64,000 bases of DNA from Eledone cirrhosa (taxonomy: Eukaryota), in contig OZ024742.1 in NCBI GenBank assembly GCA_964016885.1, positions 210,056,001 to 210,120,000 of the forward strand, given 5' to 3'. The position numbers and the translations under genes were made by a program. Shown here one piece after another: positions 13,514 through 27,800 of the stretch (position 1 is its first letter; each line of letters opens with the position of its first letter). Below the pieces are notes generated by a model. That model was not told the origin of the DNA, made no database searches, and saw only the letters and a list, made by a program, of their open reading frames with translations.

Positions 13514-15225
13514 AAAAATTTCCCTCGACGAAATCTTCCAGAGAGAAATTAATTCATGTATAAACATTCTTCTTGCTGAACGAATTAAAACAACAATACT
13601 ATATTTTTAAAAAAAACAAATAATGAAATATTATGTGCTATTGACGAAATTAGGGATGAATATTTACGATGGAATAAAACCCCAACATTTTGGCAAATCA
13701 ACGCCTGTTTATATGCCCTAGCAACGACAGTGAAGCATTATCTTGGTGATAGCAGAGATATTAACAAGAACAAAACACCACCAAAAATACCATCATATAT
13801 AACTAAAATGGTAAAAAAGATTGCTGACCTACGAAAAACCATAGGATATGTGACAATGCTCCTTACATGCAAACAAACACAAAAAAAACCTCACTCCTCA
13901 CCAACAAAGAGTGAAAGATGAAATAGAAACGATCTTTGGTAACAGTAGAACCAGAACTCTTCAATATAAGCTGATAACCCTCAAACAAGAATTGAGAGCT
14001 GTTAGTGAAAAACGCCGATACCTGAAGAAGGTAGATGACAGAAAAGTGCTTAAAAAAAGATTCAGACGAAACCAAACATCAGTCTATAGAGATATGAAGA
14101 ACAAAATAATAAGTGTCACTGAGGCCCCATCCCAGAAAGACATAGATTCCTTTTGTAGAAAAATATGGGGTGAAAAGAAGAATTTCAACCAAGATGCAGT
14201 GTGGCTAAAAGAAATCTGAAAGAACTATTGCTCTTACACTACACGAAATACCTGATTCACAAAAGAGATAGGGATGCAGGCAAAACACCTAGATGTGATA
14301 ACAAGTGCAGACTCTGCAGAACTAACGTCGAGGATATCACCCATGTCATCAGCAGCTCTCCAAAGATGTCATCGCGGTACTATCTACCTATGAGGCATGA
14401 TGTAGTGGCCAAAACACTGTAAAATGCAGTTCGTAAAAAAGATAGCCCCGATAATAAACACATTAAAAGCTACAGCAATGTGGAAGTCATCCACGTACAT
14501 AATATGAAAGAGTACTGGTGGAATGTTCCAGTAAAAACCCCAATAAAATGCAGGCATAACAGACCAGATATTATGATATGGCACAGGGAGAAAAAAGCAT
14601 GCACAGTAGTGGAAATTAGCTGCCCAGCATATGCCAATATAATATCAAAGATTAGCGAAAAGGAGAATATTTATGCAGAACTGATGAGAAATCTGCAGAT
14701 ACTCCACCCTGATTGCACCTTCAGATTTATGCCTGTGATTATTGGACCACTGGGGTATGTTAGTAACTGCCTCAATACAAATCTTGAGAAGCTAGGCTTC
14801 ACAGGAACAGAAAGAACACAACTAGTTAGGAAATTACAAGTACAATCCATTAATGGAACAGTAAAAATATGTAAAACATTCCAAAAATATTGCATCTAAT
14901 AACTGCATATACACATGTACAGATACAAAGCATATACACATGCACACATACAACTCAAAACATACACATCCACACATACAATAACATCCATATCTACACA
15001 CGCATACATATCTACCTCGTTGATGTTGTGTAAATTCCAATGAGAGAGTCTTGTGTCTATGTTAGAAACCGACTCTCTCTCTCTATTGGGAAAAAGATTT
15101 GTGAAATTATAAAACCAGAAGAACATACATACATACATACATATACATGCACACACATACACACATACACACATACACACATACATACACAGATACATGC
15201 ATACGTACATACATACATACATACA

Positions 15226-15259
<34 letters not shown>

Positions 15260-15481
15260 CATACATACATACATTGGCTTTGCGGACAAAGAGCGCAGCT
15301 CCCTAATTCATAGTCTACAAATGGCTGCGATAGCTGGCACCTTCAAAATTTGCAAAACATTCTTGCGATTCAAGGGATGACAATTTCTTTTCTTTTACAA
15401 CCTTGCCACCAGGAAGGTGGCCGGTCAAAAAAATATACTCGAAATTAAGAGAAAGAGATAAACATACATACATACATACAT
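13514..15481 (+). mobile_element. ~1.97 kb tandem duplicate of R4/Dong-like fragment (copy 2)
   Basis: ORFs at 12516 and 14480 (offset 1964) and at 13730 and 15698 (offset 1968) are near identical; same RT deletion junction as copy 1. Confidence 0.92.
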
Positions 15482-17957
15482 AAAAATTTCCCTCGACGAA
15501 ATCTTCCAGAGAGAAATTAATTCATGTATAAACATTCTTCTTGCTGAACGAATTAAAACAACAATACTATATTTAAAAAAAAAACAAATAATGAAATATT
15601 ATGTGCTATTGACGAAATTAGGGATGAATATTTACGATGGAATAAAACCCCAACATTTTGGCAAATCAACGCCTGTTTATATGCCCTAGCAACGACAGTG
15701 AAGCATTATCTTGGTGATAGCAGAGATATTAACAAGAACAAAACACCACCAAAAATACCATCATATATAACTAAAATGGTAAAAAAGATTGCTGACCTAC
15801 GAAAAACCATAGGATATGTGACAATGCTCCTTACATGCAAACAAACACAAAAAAAACCTCACTCCTCACCAACAAAGAGTGAAAGATGAAATAGAAACGA
15901 TGTTTGGTAACAGTAGAACCAAAACTCTTCGATATAAGCTGATCACCCTCAAACAAGAATTGAGAGCTGTTAGTGAAAAACGCCGATACCTGAAGAAGGT
16001 AGATGAGAGAAAAGTGCTTAATAAAAGATTCAGACGAAACCAAACATCAGTCTATAGAGATATGAAGAACAAAATAATAAGTGTCACTGAGGCCCCATCC
16101 CAGAAAGACATAGATTCCTTTTGGAGAAAAATATGGGGTGAAAAGAAGAATTTCAACCAAGATACAGTGTGGCTAAGAGAAATCTGAAAGAACTATTGCT
16201 CATACACTACAACAAATACATACGAAATAAGTGACGGTATCGTTGAGACTGTGGTAGGAAAACTCCAAGATAAGAAAGCACCAGGAAGAGACATGATTGT
16301 CGGCTACTGGTACAAAAAACTGATATTCTATCGCAGGTATCTTACTGACCTTTACCTACAAGTTCTTAAGGGAGATATACTTATACCAGAATGGTTGACA
16401 TTAGCACAAACATTACTGGTCCCCAAGAACAGAGACACCCACTTGGCAAAAAAACTACCGACCCATTGCATGACAGAACCTGATGTATAAGATGTATACA
16501 GCCTGCCTGAACCTATTCCTCCAAGATCACTGAGAAAATAATAACATCATCACAGATGAACAACTGCTGGAATGAAAGGGGTTTGGGGATGTGCTGAACA
16601 ACTCCTAATCAACAAAACTGCGATGTCGGTGGTGCGACAACTTAGGAGGAATATGGCTACAGTCTTGCTGGACTACAGGAAAGCTTTCGATTCTGTTCCC
16701 CACTCTTGGATAATAGAGGCCCTCCAACCTGCTAAAGTCCCAGACATTATTGTCAGAGCCATAGAGAAACTGTCTTCTTCTTGGGCTACTATCCTAAGGT
16801 TAAAAACAGTGAGGGAGGACTCTATTTTCACTGATAAAATAAAATATCGCAGTGGTATATTTCAGGGAGACAGTCTCTCTGTGATATTATTCATCTTGTC
16901 ATTAAATCCCTTGTCCTTTCTGCTCAAGAAATGTGAAGCATACATCATTGGCTTACAAGAGGACAGAAATAAGAACCTAACCCATAATTTCTTTGTGGAC
17001 GATCTGAAACTCTATGCCAAGAACATAGATGGGATGAAGAAAAATCTTGACCTGGTTATAACGTTCTCAAAGAATATAGGAATGGAGTTTGGCCAAGATA
17101 AATTCTCATACATGACTGTAAGGCGGGGGAAAAACAACAACCCAATCTAGCAACATTGTCATCAATGGCCTAACTGTTTTACCGATATCTGATGAGGACT
17201 GTTACAGATACCTGGGCATAGATGAGAACATATCCTATAATTGTATCTGTAATAAGGAACGCGTAACCAGGGAATACTACTGTGCCTGTCCTAACACCAA
17301 CGTTTGGAATACTCAATTAGACGATAGACGAAATCAGATCACTTCATCTTGGAACTCGAAAAATACTAAACAACACCGGAAACTTCCACATCAACAATGA
17401 CATAGACCGCCTTTACTTGAAACGTAAGCAGGGAGGCAGAGGCCTAACATCAGTCCAGACAGCATTTGAATGTCGCATCATATCCCCCCGACCACATCTA
17501 CGAACCTCGAAGCGTAGGAGCCCGTTTCTCGAGCAAGTCTATCTACATGAAACAGATAAGATCATGAGAGTTGGGAAGGAACTCCTCGAGAGATATTCCC
17601 TGTGTGATAATCAAAAACTCACACCCAGGGATGTCGCTCAGCAGTATCGCAGTGAATCCATGGATGAAAAACTGCATGCTTATCAGCAAAAAATCATGCA
17701 TGGATATGTTGCCAGGCAGCTCCAGAGTGAGAGTAATATAGATAAGAAAAGTAGTCTATTTTGAACCAACAACCGCTATATTGGCTCCCACTTTGAAGGA
17801 TACGCTTTTGCAATCCAAGAACAGGAGATTAATACGAAATACCTGATTCACAAAAGAGATAGTGATGCAGGCAAAACACCTAGATGTGATAACAAGTGCA
17901 GACTCTGCAGATCTAACGTCGAGGATATCACCCATGTCACCAGCAGCTCTCCAAATG
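15482..17957 (+). pseudogene. R4/Dong-like reverse transcriptase pseudogene (copy 3)
   Basis: KAPGRD, DYRKAFDSVPHSW, GIFQGDSLS, FFVDDLKLY and RKQGGRGL motifs, with frameshifts and stops. Confidence 0.92.
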
Positions 17958-19780
17958 TCTGTTTATATGCCCTAGCAACGACAGTGAAGCATTATTTTGG
18001 TGATAGCAGAGATAATAACAAGAACAAAACACCACCAAAAATACCATCATATATAACTAAAATGGAACAAAAGATTGCTGACCTACGAAAAACCATAGGA
18101 TATGTGACAATGCTCCTTACATGCAAACAAACACAAAAAGACTTCACTCCTCACCAACAAAGAGTGAAAGATAAAATAGAAACCAATATAAGCTGATCCA
18201 ATATAAGCTGATCACCCTCAAACAGGAATTGAGAGCTATCAGAGAGAAACATCGATATCAGAAAAAGGTAGGTGAAAGAAAAGTGCTTAATAAAAGATTC
18301 AAACGAAACCAAACATCAGTCTATACAGATATGAAGGGCAAAATAATAAGTGTCACTGAAGCCCCATCCCACAAAGACATAGATTCCTTTTGGAGAAAAA
18401 TATGGGGTAAAAAGAAGAATTTCAACCAAGATGCAGTGTGGCTAAAGGAAATCCAAAAGAACTATTGCTCCTACACTACAACAAAAACATACGAAATAAA
18501 TTAGAATACCCTTGAGACTGTGATAGGAAAACTCCAAGATAAGAAAACACCAGGAAGAGACATGATTGTTGGCTACTGGTACAAGAAACTGATATTCTAT
18601 CGGAGGTATCTTACTGACCTCTACCAACAAGTTCTTAAGGGAGATATACTTATACCAGAACGGTTGACATTAGCACAAACAATGCCACCCACTTGGCAAA
18701 AAACTACCGACCCATTGCATGCCAGAACCTGATGTATAAGATGTATACAGTCTGCCTGAACCAATTCCTCAAGATCACTGTGAAAATAATAACATCATCA
18801 CAGATGAACAAGCAGCTGGAAAGAAAGGGGTTTGGGGATGTGCTGAACAACTCCTAATCAACAAAACTGCGATATCGGAGGTGCAACAACTTAGCAGGAA
18901 TATGACTACAGTCTGGCTAGACTATAGAAAAGCTTTCGATTCTGTTCCCCGCTCTTGGATGATAGAGGCCCTCCAACTTGCTAAAGATATTATGAAAGCC
19001 ATAGAGAAGCTGTCTTCTTCTTGGGCTACAATTCTAAAGTTAAAAACAGAGAAGGATAAAATAGAATATCACAGGGGTGTATTTCAGGGAGACAGTCTCT
19101 CTACGATACTATTTATCCTCTCATTAAACCCCTTGTACTTTCTGCTCAAGAAATGTGAAGGATACATCATTGGCTCACAGGAGGACAGAAATACGAACTT
19201 AACCCATAATTTCTTTGTGGATGATCTGAAACTTAATGCCAAGAACATGGATTGGATGAAGAAAAATCTTGACCTGGTTACAACATTCTCAAAGGATACA
19301 GCAGTAAAGCGGGGAAAAACAACAACCAAATCTAGCAATTTTGTCATCAATTGGCCTAACTGTTTTACCGATATCTGATGAGGACTGCTACAAATACCTG
19401 GGGATAGATGAGAACATAGGCTATAATGGTATCTGTAATAACGAACGCGTAACCAGGGATTATTACACCCGATTAAGTAAAATATGGTCATCGGAACTCT
19501 CTGCGCACAATAAAACAGTGGCTCACAATGTATTTGCTGTGCCTGTCCTAACACCAACATTTGGAATACTCAATTGGACGATAGACGAAATCCGAGCAAT
19601 TGATGTTAGGACTCGAAAAATACTAAACACCGGAAACTTCCACATCAACAGTGACATAGACCGCCTCTACTTGAAACGTAAGCAGGGAGGCAGATGCCTA
19701 ACGTCAGTCCAGACAGCATTTGAATATCGCATCATATCTCTCCGACAACATTTACGAACCTTGAAGCGTAGGAGCCCGTC
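17958..19780 (+). pseudogene. R4/Dong-like reverse transcriptase pseudogene (copy 4, more diverged)
   Basis: WLDYRKAFDSVP, GVFQGDSLS, FFVDDLKL and YKYLGIDE motifs; frameshifted and 3'-truncated. Confidence 0.9.
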
Positions 19781-20019
19781 TATTCTTTCGTGTTTTCGTA
19801 TATCTCTTATATTCTTTTGTACATTTCTGTAAAATCTTGTAGAAGTTATAACAAAGCTAAGCCTTACGTGTGTGCGTATTTCTATTATAATTTGTATGTA
19901 TGTATATATGTATGTATGTGTGTATGGATGGATGGATGTGTGTATGCATGTATGTATTAGTGTGTGTGCATGTATGTACGTATGTATGTATGTGTGTGTG
20001 TGGGGGGGGGGGGGGGGTT

Positions 20020-20935
20020 ATGTATGTTCTAGTTTTATAATTTCACAAATTTTTACCAATAGAGAGTCGGTTTCTAACATAGATACAATACTCTCTCATT
20101 GGAATTTACACAACATCAACTAGGTAGATATGTATGCATGTCTGCATGAATGTATGTGTGTGCAGATATGGATGTTATTGTATGTTTTGAGTTATATATG
20201 TCTAATAACTCTATGTACACATGTACAGAAACAAAGCATATACAGATATGCTTTGTATCTGTACATGTGTACATAGAGTTATTAAATGCAGAATTTTTTG
20301 CATGTTTTACATCTTTTTACTGTTCATTAGTGGATTGGCAGTATCGGTAGAGGGTCGGACGCCATGCTTTCCAGCATAGTTACGTCCCTTTACGATCTGA
20401 GTTCAAATCCCGCCGAGGTTGACTTTGCCTTTCATCCTTACGGGGTCGATAAAATAAAGTACCAGTAATGCACTGGGTAATTGCTGGCCTTGTGCCTAAA
20501 GTAGAAACAATTAATGGATTGTACTTGTAATTTTCTAACTAGTCGTGTTCTTTCTGTTTCTGTGAAGCCTACCTTCTCAGGATTTGTACTAGGCAGTTAC
20601 TAACATATTCCAGTGCCCCAATAATCACAGGTATAAATCTGAAGGTATAGTCAGTGTGGAGTATCTGCAGATTTCTCATTAGTTCCGCATAAATATTCTC
20701 CTTTTCGTTAATCTTCAATATCCTATTGGCATCTGCTGGGCAGCTAATTTCCACTATTGTGCATGCCTTCTTTACCCTGTCCCATATCATTATATGTGGC
20801 CTGTTATGCCTGCATTTTATTGGGGTTTTGACTGGAACATTCCACCAGTAATCTTTCATCATATTCTGTATATGTGTGTCTTCCACATTGCTGTAGCTTT
20901 TAATGTGATTATTGTCGGGGCTATCTTTTCTATGG
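20020..20935 (-). mobile_element. Inverted R4/Dong-like RLE domain and 3' region, interrupted by a SINE
   Basis: Minus ORF YWWNVPVKTPIKCRHNRPHIMIWDR..IVEISCP; the sequence is the reverse complement of ~12475-13160. Confidence 0.88.
20329..20512 (+). mobile_element. SINE family 1
   Basis: Near full-length, inserted in the R4 fragment with atta(g/a)tggatt at both junctions. Confidence 0.92.
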
Positions 20936-21489
20936 ATTATACGTATGTATGTATATACGGTTCCAAACAGGAATATTAATTTATTTATCAATTCCGTGGA
21001 TTTCGACTAGCTTAGATCTAGAAACGTTTTAGTTTACTCAATCTGAAATTATAGTTTCATTTAGAGCTACAAATTACACAAAGGACAATATCAACAATGT
21101 ATACAGTACAACGCCAGACTAGTGTAATTTAAGATACAATAGAATTCATTATGCGATTCGATCAGAAAGCGGTATTTTAAATCGCATTTTAATAATAGCA
21201 AAATTTCGAATTCTGATTCAGACAGGAGTATTTGATTAATCTTAGGATTAATTCAGATAGAATAAGTTACGATGCGTGTATTCACAGTTTGGATTCAGAA
21301 GCTTTACGTTCCTGAATACATGAATTTCATAAAATAAATCATCGGAGAAAATATCAGAAGACATTGATAAAGACATTATTGAGAATCTTTTCTAAGCTGT
21401 AATTATAACACAAACAGCACGATTAACGAAAGCAACAGTGATTATCTCTATAGCAAAGAGTCAGCAATTCGAATCCTATTATTAGTACT

Positions 21490-21675
21490 AGGTGGATTGG
21501 CAGTATTGGTAGAGGGTCGGACGCCATGCTTTGACGTATAGAGTTACGGCCCTTGCCATTCTGAGTTCAAATCCCGCCGAGGTTAACTTTGCCTTTCATC
21601 CTTACGGGGTCGATAAAATAAAGTACCAGTAATGCACTGGGTAATTGCTGGCCTTGTGTCTAACGTAGAAACAAT
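21490..21675 (+). mobile_element. SINE family 1
   Basis: Full unit; attattagtacta occurs on both flanks (target site duplication). Confidence 0.92.
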
Positions 21676-22296
21676 TATTAGTACTATGTCGAATGATACT
21701 TATCTCTTAATATCACAATCTTATTTTATAAATAAATACTATAAAAATAATTTGTATTGTTATTTGTCCTCGGGTCAGTCTTGATCAAGTAGACCTATGA
21801 TCAAACTCATTCCAGTTATCTTGTCTTTTAGAGACTATATTGTCTTTGTCACTCCTTTTTAAGGTGTGATTTGAGGAAATGTGGCTACTATTTTTAGCAT
21901 GTCTGATGACTTGTAAAAGTCATTTCGTTAGTTTGTAATATAAAAACATTCTCCTCTGCTGTCAAAGACTGCATTCTTCTGTAATCCCTGACCCCTTTGA
22001 AAGCTAAATTTATCACTTTTTTGTTTGTTTCTGTCAGCCTGTCATTCTTTAGATACTTTACATCAATCTGAAGTCGTCAGTGATATCTCAGGAAGTAAAT
22101 GAGTCACGAGACAAATACTTATAATGGTTATACTCCTTCAACCAGGCACTCCATGGTCAAGCAGCTCCCATGAATCATTCTTGAGATATAATTGTGTACC
22201 TTATACGATTATTTTTGGTATTAGACTTTATATTACACAAGACAATAAAAACCTTATTTTGAACCACTATTAGCTGTATTATTTTCTATTTAGAGT

Positions 22297-22483
22297 GCGG
22301 TGGATTAGCAGTATCAGTAGAGAGTCGGACGCCATGTTTTTACGCATAGAGTTACAGCCCTTTCCATTCTGAGTTCAAATCCCGCTGAGGTTAACTTTGC
22401 CTTTCATCCTTATGGGGTCGATAAAATAAAGTACCAGTAATGTACTGGGTAATTTCTGGCCTTGTGCCAAAAGTAGAAACAAT
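22297..22483 (+). mobile_element. SINE family 1
   Basis: Matches the family consensus. Confidence 0.9.
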
Positions 22484-22546
22484 TATTTTCTGTTTAAAGT
22501 TTTGTTCTAGCTTTAATAAGATATCAATATATATATATATATATAT

Positions 22547-22618
<72 letters not shown>

Positions 22619-23513
22619 TGAGATAGCAAGACAATGGTTTTACATGGTCCTAAAGTTACCGGATTAAAACCATCTAGCTTGTACAAGTAGTTGTGCCTTG
22701 ACTCTCAGCAGACTACCGGGGTGTTATGATCTGCTTCTTCAAATCTGACTTTGGGTTACACAATAACAACAAATATGACATTAAATAAAAGTTAAATCAA
22801 TGAACCTTAACCGCCATTTGTATTTTAGCTTCCTAGAAAAAGATTAATTCTTTCTTTCATTTCATTCATACGTTTTCTAAAATTCTCTCAGTATTCTGGT
22901 TAGTTCTATAACTAAATGCTGCATTTTTGTTTGCATTTTCAGAATCATTGACGAAAACCTCTGCTTGAAAATTTGCAGTAATCACTCTTCATTAAATTTT
23001 CAAATTTACTGACTCGAATTTCATATATTGAAATATTGATTGTTCCAGAATATGATAGTAATTACGGCCAACAATATATCGCGTTTGCCATCGCCAAAGC
23101 TTCGAAAAATAACGACCAAATCCGCTAAAAGTTATTTCCTTCTGAATGAAATGGGGAAACGCATTGGATTATGAGAAGAGACGCTACCGTGACTGGTATG
23201 GGTGTTCTTGGGGTAGAATGTGGAGGCAGAGTGGGGAGCTACAGTGAAGGTGAGAATAGTTAATAAGGAGCGATAGTGGATGAGTCTGTCAGGTGAGTGG
23301 CAATGGCTGGATAAGAAGGGAGAATGACAAGTGTGATGTCATGAATGTATGACAAATGTGGTAGGATTTAAAGGGGTGATATAAAGGTAAGAAGCAATGA
23401 TATGTTATGGGTATTTGGCAATTGCGGTGAGGTTTGGCAACGTGTATAAGAAAGTACAGTGGTAGGAGTCTTTAGATAAAGTGGGGGTGGGGGTGAAAAT
23501 GATTCATATATAC

Positions 23514-23560
<47 letters not shown>

Positions 23561-23619
23561 GAACGATCAAATCGGACCGAGGGAACAATGTTTCCGTTGG
23601 TCTTTCCAATTGCTAATAC

Positions 23620-23767
23620 TATCTATCGGTCGCAACTCCAGTTAGAAGGAGCAACGTGAAATAAAGTGTCTTGCTCAAGGACATAACGCATCGCCTGGTC
23701 CAGGAATCGAACTCACAACCTTACGATTGCGAATCCAATTCTCTAACCACTCAGCCACACGCCTTCA
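23620..23767 (-). mobile_element. SINE family 2 (tRNA head), truncated
   Basis: Minus strand gaaggcgtgtggctgagtggttaga...gagttcgattcc followed by tccttgagcaagacacttta. Confidence 0.8.
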
Positions 23768-23768
23768 C

Positions 23769-23806
<38 letters not shown>

Positions 23807-24119
23807 CACACGAGCACATACACACATACACACATACACACAAACACATATAAATGTATATATATATATGTGTGTGTATGTGTGTGTGTGGAGAAAGAGA
23901 GAGAGAGAGAGAGAGAAGGACAGAGACAGAAAGTTATTTGTCACTAACACATTTGGACATCTCAATGAGAAAATCAGAGAAACATTTAAAACATAGTTTA
24001 CCTAATGCCAAAACATTGTGGGGATACAAGCTAGACAAACTAATATTAGAAAGTTTCGCTCGTATATTCACCTTGATTGCAGTGTCTGGAATTAAGAAAC
24101 AATATTATTTATAGTTACC

Positions 24120-24440
24120 GGCTATTGGCAGTATCGGTAGAGGGTTTGACGCCATGCTTTCCAGCATAGTTACGTCCCTTTACGATCTGAGTTCAAATCC
24201 CGCCGAGGTTGACTTTGCCTTTCATCCTTACGGGGTCGATAAAATAAAGTACCAGTAATGCACTGGGTAATTGCTGGCCTTGTGCCTAAAGTAGAAACAA
24301 TTATAATTATCTACAATGTAGATAAATATAACTTTGTATTTCATCCTTATGGGGTCGATAAAATAAAGTACCAGTAATACACTGGATATTTGCTGGCCTT
24401 GTGCCAAAAGTAGAAACAATTATAATTATCTACAATGTAG
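24120..24440 (+). mobile_element. SINE family 1 plus tandem partial duplicate
   Basis: Consensus match; the 3' half and flank ttataattatctacaatgtag are repeated. Confidence 0.88.
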
Positions 24441-24566
24441 CTACTGTATTTTCAAATTTCAAATTTCCATTTGTTTCACAAACCAAGTAAGTCTAAATAT
24501 ATGTGGATGCGTGTGGAAGGACCTACATCAAATACCTCGAACAGAAATTTTATATATATATAAATA

Positions 24567-24764
24567 GGAGTTTCGGCTGAAAAGTCCATAGGCTGACTAT
24601 GAAGGAGTGAAGCTAGAGCTGTGAAATCTTGCATGCATTAATTTCAATTCTACTTATTAATAACTGCATTGTTTTCTTCCAGTGACTATGTTGAAAAATA
24701 AACATCATTTGGTCATTCCTTAGGAGTATCATGGTCAGCTTATGAACTTTTCAGCCGACCCTCG
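24567..24764 (+). mobile_element. Mariner-derived MITE (deletion derivative of the 8838-9864 family)
   Basis: TIRs tcggctgaaaagtccataggctgac / gtcagcttatgaacttttcagccga. Internal gctagagctgtgaaatcttgc is shared with ~8883. Confidence 0.88.
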
Positions 24765-24766
24765 TA

Positions 24767-24957
24767 CAGACCTGCCACCCTCTAAAAACCCAAACGAGGG
24801 CTACCATGAAAAACAGTGACCCAAAACGGGGAAATGAGGCAAAAGGGGAGATGTTATATAATGAAACTATACACATTTTCACAAGAGAAGACATCTCTTA
24901 CTCATCTCAAAGTGGGTGGGAGATCTCCCCGTCGGACGGGCAGAATTGACAGGTCTT
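24767..24957. mobile_element. Possible small MITE
   Basis: Short imperfect inverted ends agacctgcca / tgacaggtct. Confidence 0.4.
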
Positions 24958-26048
24958 CTCGTATGTGTGAGGTGTGCGTGCATGTGCGCATGTGTATAAT
25001 GCTTCAGCTGAAAAGTTTTAGTCGTTTATTAATCTTCCACTACTTGCATGTATAAAAATTAGAGATTAGATATATTCGCTAATATTATTTTTCTTGTTTC
25101 TTATGTTCGATTTTTTATTCTTTCCCGTTCATTTCTTTTTTTTTTTATGCCATATTTTCTGAAGATTCCCATATTACTTCATAAATTTCACTCAGACTGT
25201 AAAATCAGCACAATCTGTACCGAAACCTACGGACATAATTTATGGTTTCAGAAATTGGTGATTGAAATGATTTTAATTTTATGGGGCAGAAACTATATCA
25301 AGTGAAAAATTAATATCGGAACTTCGAGTTAATATCAAATTATTGGTCACTCAACTCCTGATCCCTCCCAATAAAACAATTCCCTCGTTGATATATCGAT
25401 AAATTATTTCCATGTCAAAACCAATGGAATTATTCAGGGTAAATTAATTTTGTTTTTGTTTTTTGTTTTTTTGTTTTTTGTTTGTTTTTTCTTGTATTTC
25501 TTTTTTTTTTTTTGTAGTTGTTGTTTTTTTGTTTTTTGTATTTATAATTCTCTTCCGGTGACCAATTCAAAAAGTTCAGGAAAGAAAAATGAATTGACTA
25601 ACAAAATGTTAATTCTTGAAATAGATTTCTCATTGACTTTTTACTTATGTTTGGTGAATCTCATCATTAATCTTTCCATATTTATTAAGTCTAAGACATT
25701 GAACTCAGTTTCAGGATACAGTTCACTGAACATAAATGCTTAAAGCATGAATTAAGAAAATCAATTCTACATTAAAAATTTGTTTTGTCTGCACTGATCG
25801 AAACGTAAAGATTTTCATCAATATCAATTTCATTAATGATAATCGATAATCAATAATAGATAAAATTACTTGAATATCCTTTATTCCAAAGATAATATTA
25901 TCCATCATGTTCTGGATTTTCGCCATATCAAATATTTAATACTACACACAGTGTATATTTGTGATGTTTCTTTTCTGTTTTGTCTTTCTTTTTCTTTTAA
26001 TTAACTATCCTCCTCTCTCTTGCTCTCTCTCTCTCTCTCTCACACACG

Positions 26049-26111
<63 letters not shown>

Positions 26112-26151
26112 ACATACACACATACACACATACACACATACACACACACAC

Positions 26152-26197
<46 letters not shown>

Positions 26198-26279
26198 AAA
26201 GATCGGAGGCAATATTCAGTTGATTCAGGCTTATTTAAAACTCCGTTATACATATTTTTTCTTATCTTGTTTGTTTTTC

Positions 26280-26328
<49 letters not shown>

Positions 26329-26430
26329 TACATATAAATCTAAGTTTGAAAGCCACAACAATGCGAGTTTGGACGGAAAATAATTTAATCGTAAGAAACG
26401 GGTTGTTTTTTTTCCTTGATTTACTCATAT

Positions 26431-26470
26431 GCCCTGATATTTCGAGATTAGTATCTCTTCTTCCGAGGAA
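26431..26470 (-). ncRNA. Minimal hammerhead, degenerate (U4G)
   Basis: Minus strand: TTCCT-CGGAAGA-a-GAGAT-acta-ATCTC-GAAA-TATC-AGGGC. Confidence 0.55.
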
Positions 26471-27299
26471 AATAAAGGAACAACACCAGTATCCGATGTG
26501 GCTTGCTATACCATCCTGGCCGGAAGTGGTTTTATTTTTTTTTTTCCTAACCTCTTTTGTTTTAAAATTATGGCCTGGACAGGTCAAGGGGCACAGAGTT
26601 GTTTCCCTTTAAATCCGCTTAGAGGCATATATATTAATACGCGCTGACACACACGTGCATGCATACATGTGTTTGTGAAAGCACGCACGCAAATATGCAA
26701 ACAGACATGGGTAGAATCTTGTAAACACATGAATGCATATACACGATTTATCCCGGATGGATAATGTGCTCGTGAGCGGGCGTATGTATGCCTTTATGTG
26801 TAGAGTCCTGTGGCCTTCAAAGTTCTGTGTTGTGAACCTAGTTCTATGTTAGGTATTGTGTGCTTAGTTCTAGTCTATTATTGATTTGCAGGTGTGTTCT
26901 GGCTATGATTAATGGTCCCTTAATTCTGAGATTGCCGATCTTTCTTTCTTTTGTTTCAACCTGATATGTTTTTTTTTGTTTCTTTTTTTGTTTTGTTTTT
27001 TTGTGGTGTTTTGCATTTCTCTAAGTGTTTCTTGAATGAGGAAGCGTTAGTGTTAATGTGTTCCTTAATCTTGATGTGTAGGTATATGTCGCATTTATCA
27101 TACTCTTTACTTGACGTGTGCTAGATGGCATATGTCTGTGTTATTGATGGGGCAGCTGGCCAGCGTGCAGCGTCTGTTGTGTTCTCTAGGCCGTCTCCTA
27201 GATGGAGCTCAGGTGACTGGATGGAGGAGGTAGCAGAGAGAGGGAGAGCGAGAAAAGGGGAGATTATGTGTAGGTGGGGGACAAGAGAAAGAAGAAGGG

Positions 27300-27800
27300 A
27301 GAACACGGAAGAGCCGAGCTCCCACTGTCATCACCTCCATCTCTCTCGCCCTCCCCATCTCTCTGTAATATGATCAAATGGGGTCTCACATGCTGGCCGC
27401 CCCACAGCCCCTGCGGACAGAATGGAGAAGGTGTTTCCCCGGAGGATGGTAAGGGAGATGCGCTGGCCAGCTCAGCGCCTGTGGTGGTAAGTAGGGAGGT
27501 AGCCCTAGGGCCAAGGACAGCAGAAATCTCCACTGCCAAGGGCACGACCGCAAACCTGTCGGAGAGCGACCAGTACTTGGAGAGTTTTCCCTCCTCAGCC
27601 CGAAGTGCAGCAGAACCTGAGTTAGTCACAAACTGCACCGGGTTACGGCTGGAGAAAGTGTCGTTGCGGGTGGCATCCCAGACGAGGGGTTTGCCACCGC
27701 GGAACGGGATGATGATCATACAGTCTGGCCTTTTGCCGTCCCCTCGTTCCCGCCCCACCGGCTCGAGCTGGGAGGGGAAGCCTGCAGCATCCAAGCCATA
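27300..27800 (-). mobile_element. CRE-clade-like non-LTR retrotransposon 3' fragment (RLE domain)
   Basis: LEPVG..RGDGKRPD.....FRGGKPLVWDAT..DT...AEEGKLSKY...VVPLAVE...LGP; GC-rich island. Confidence 0.8.

Noticed and set aside
17189-17215. CTGATGAGGAC motif (also ~19375)
   Set aside because: It lies inside RT coding sequence (ISDEDCY) with no stem II or GAAA partner.
21950-23160. Possible splice acceptors (ctgtcag ~22038, ttttcag ~22942) in unique sequence
   Set aside because: The short frames hit stops and show no recognisable protein similarity.
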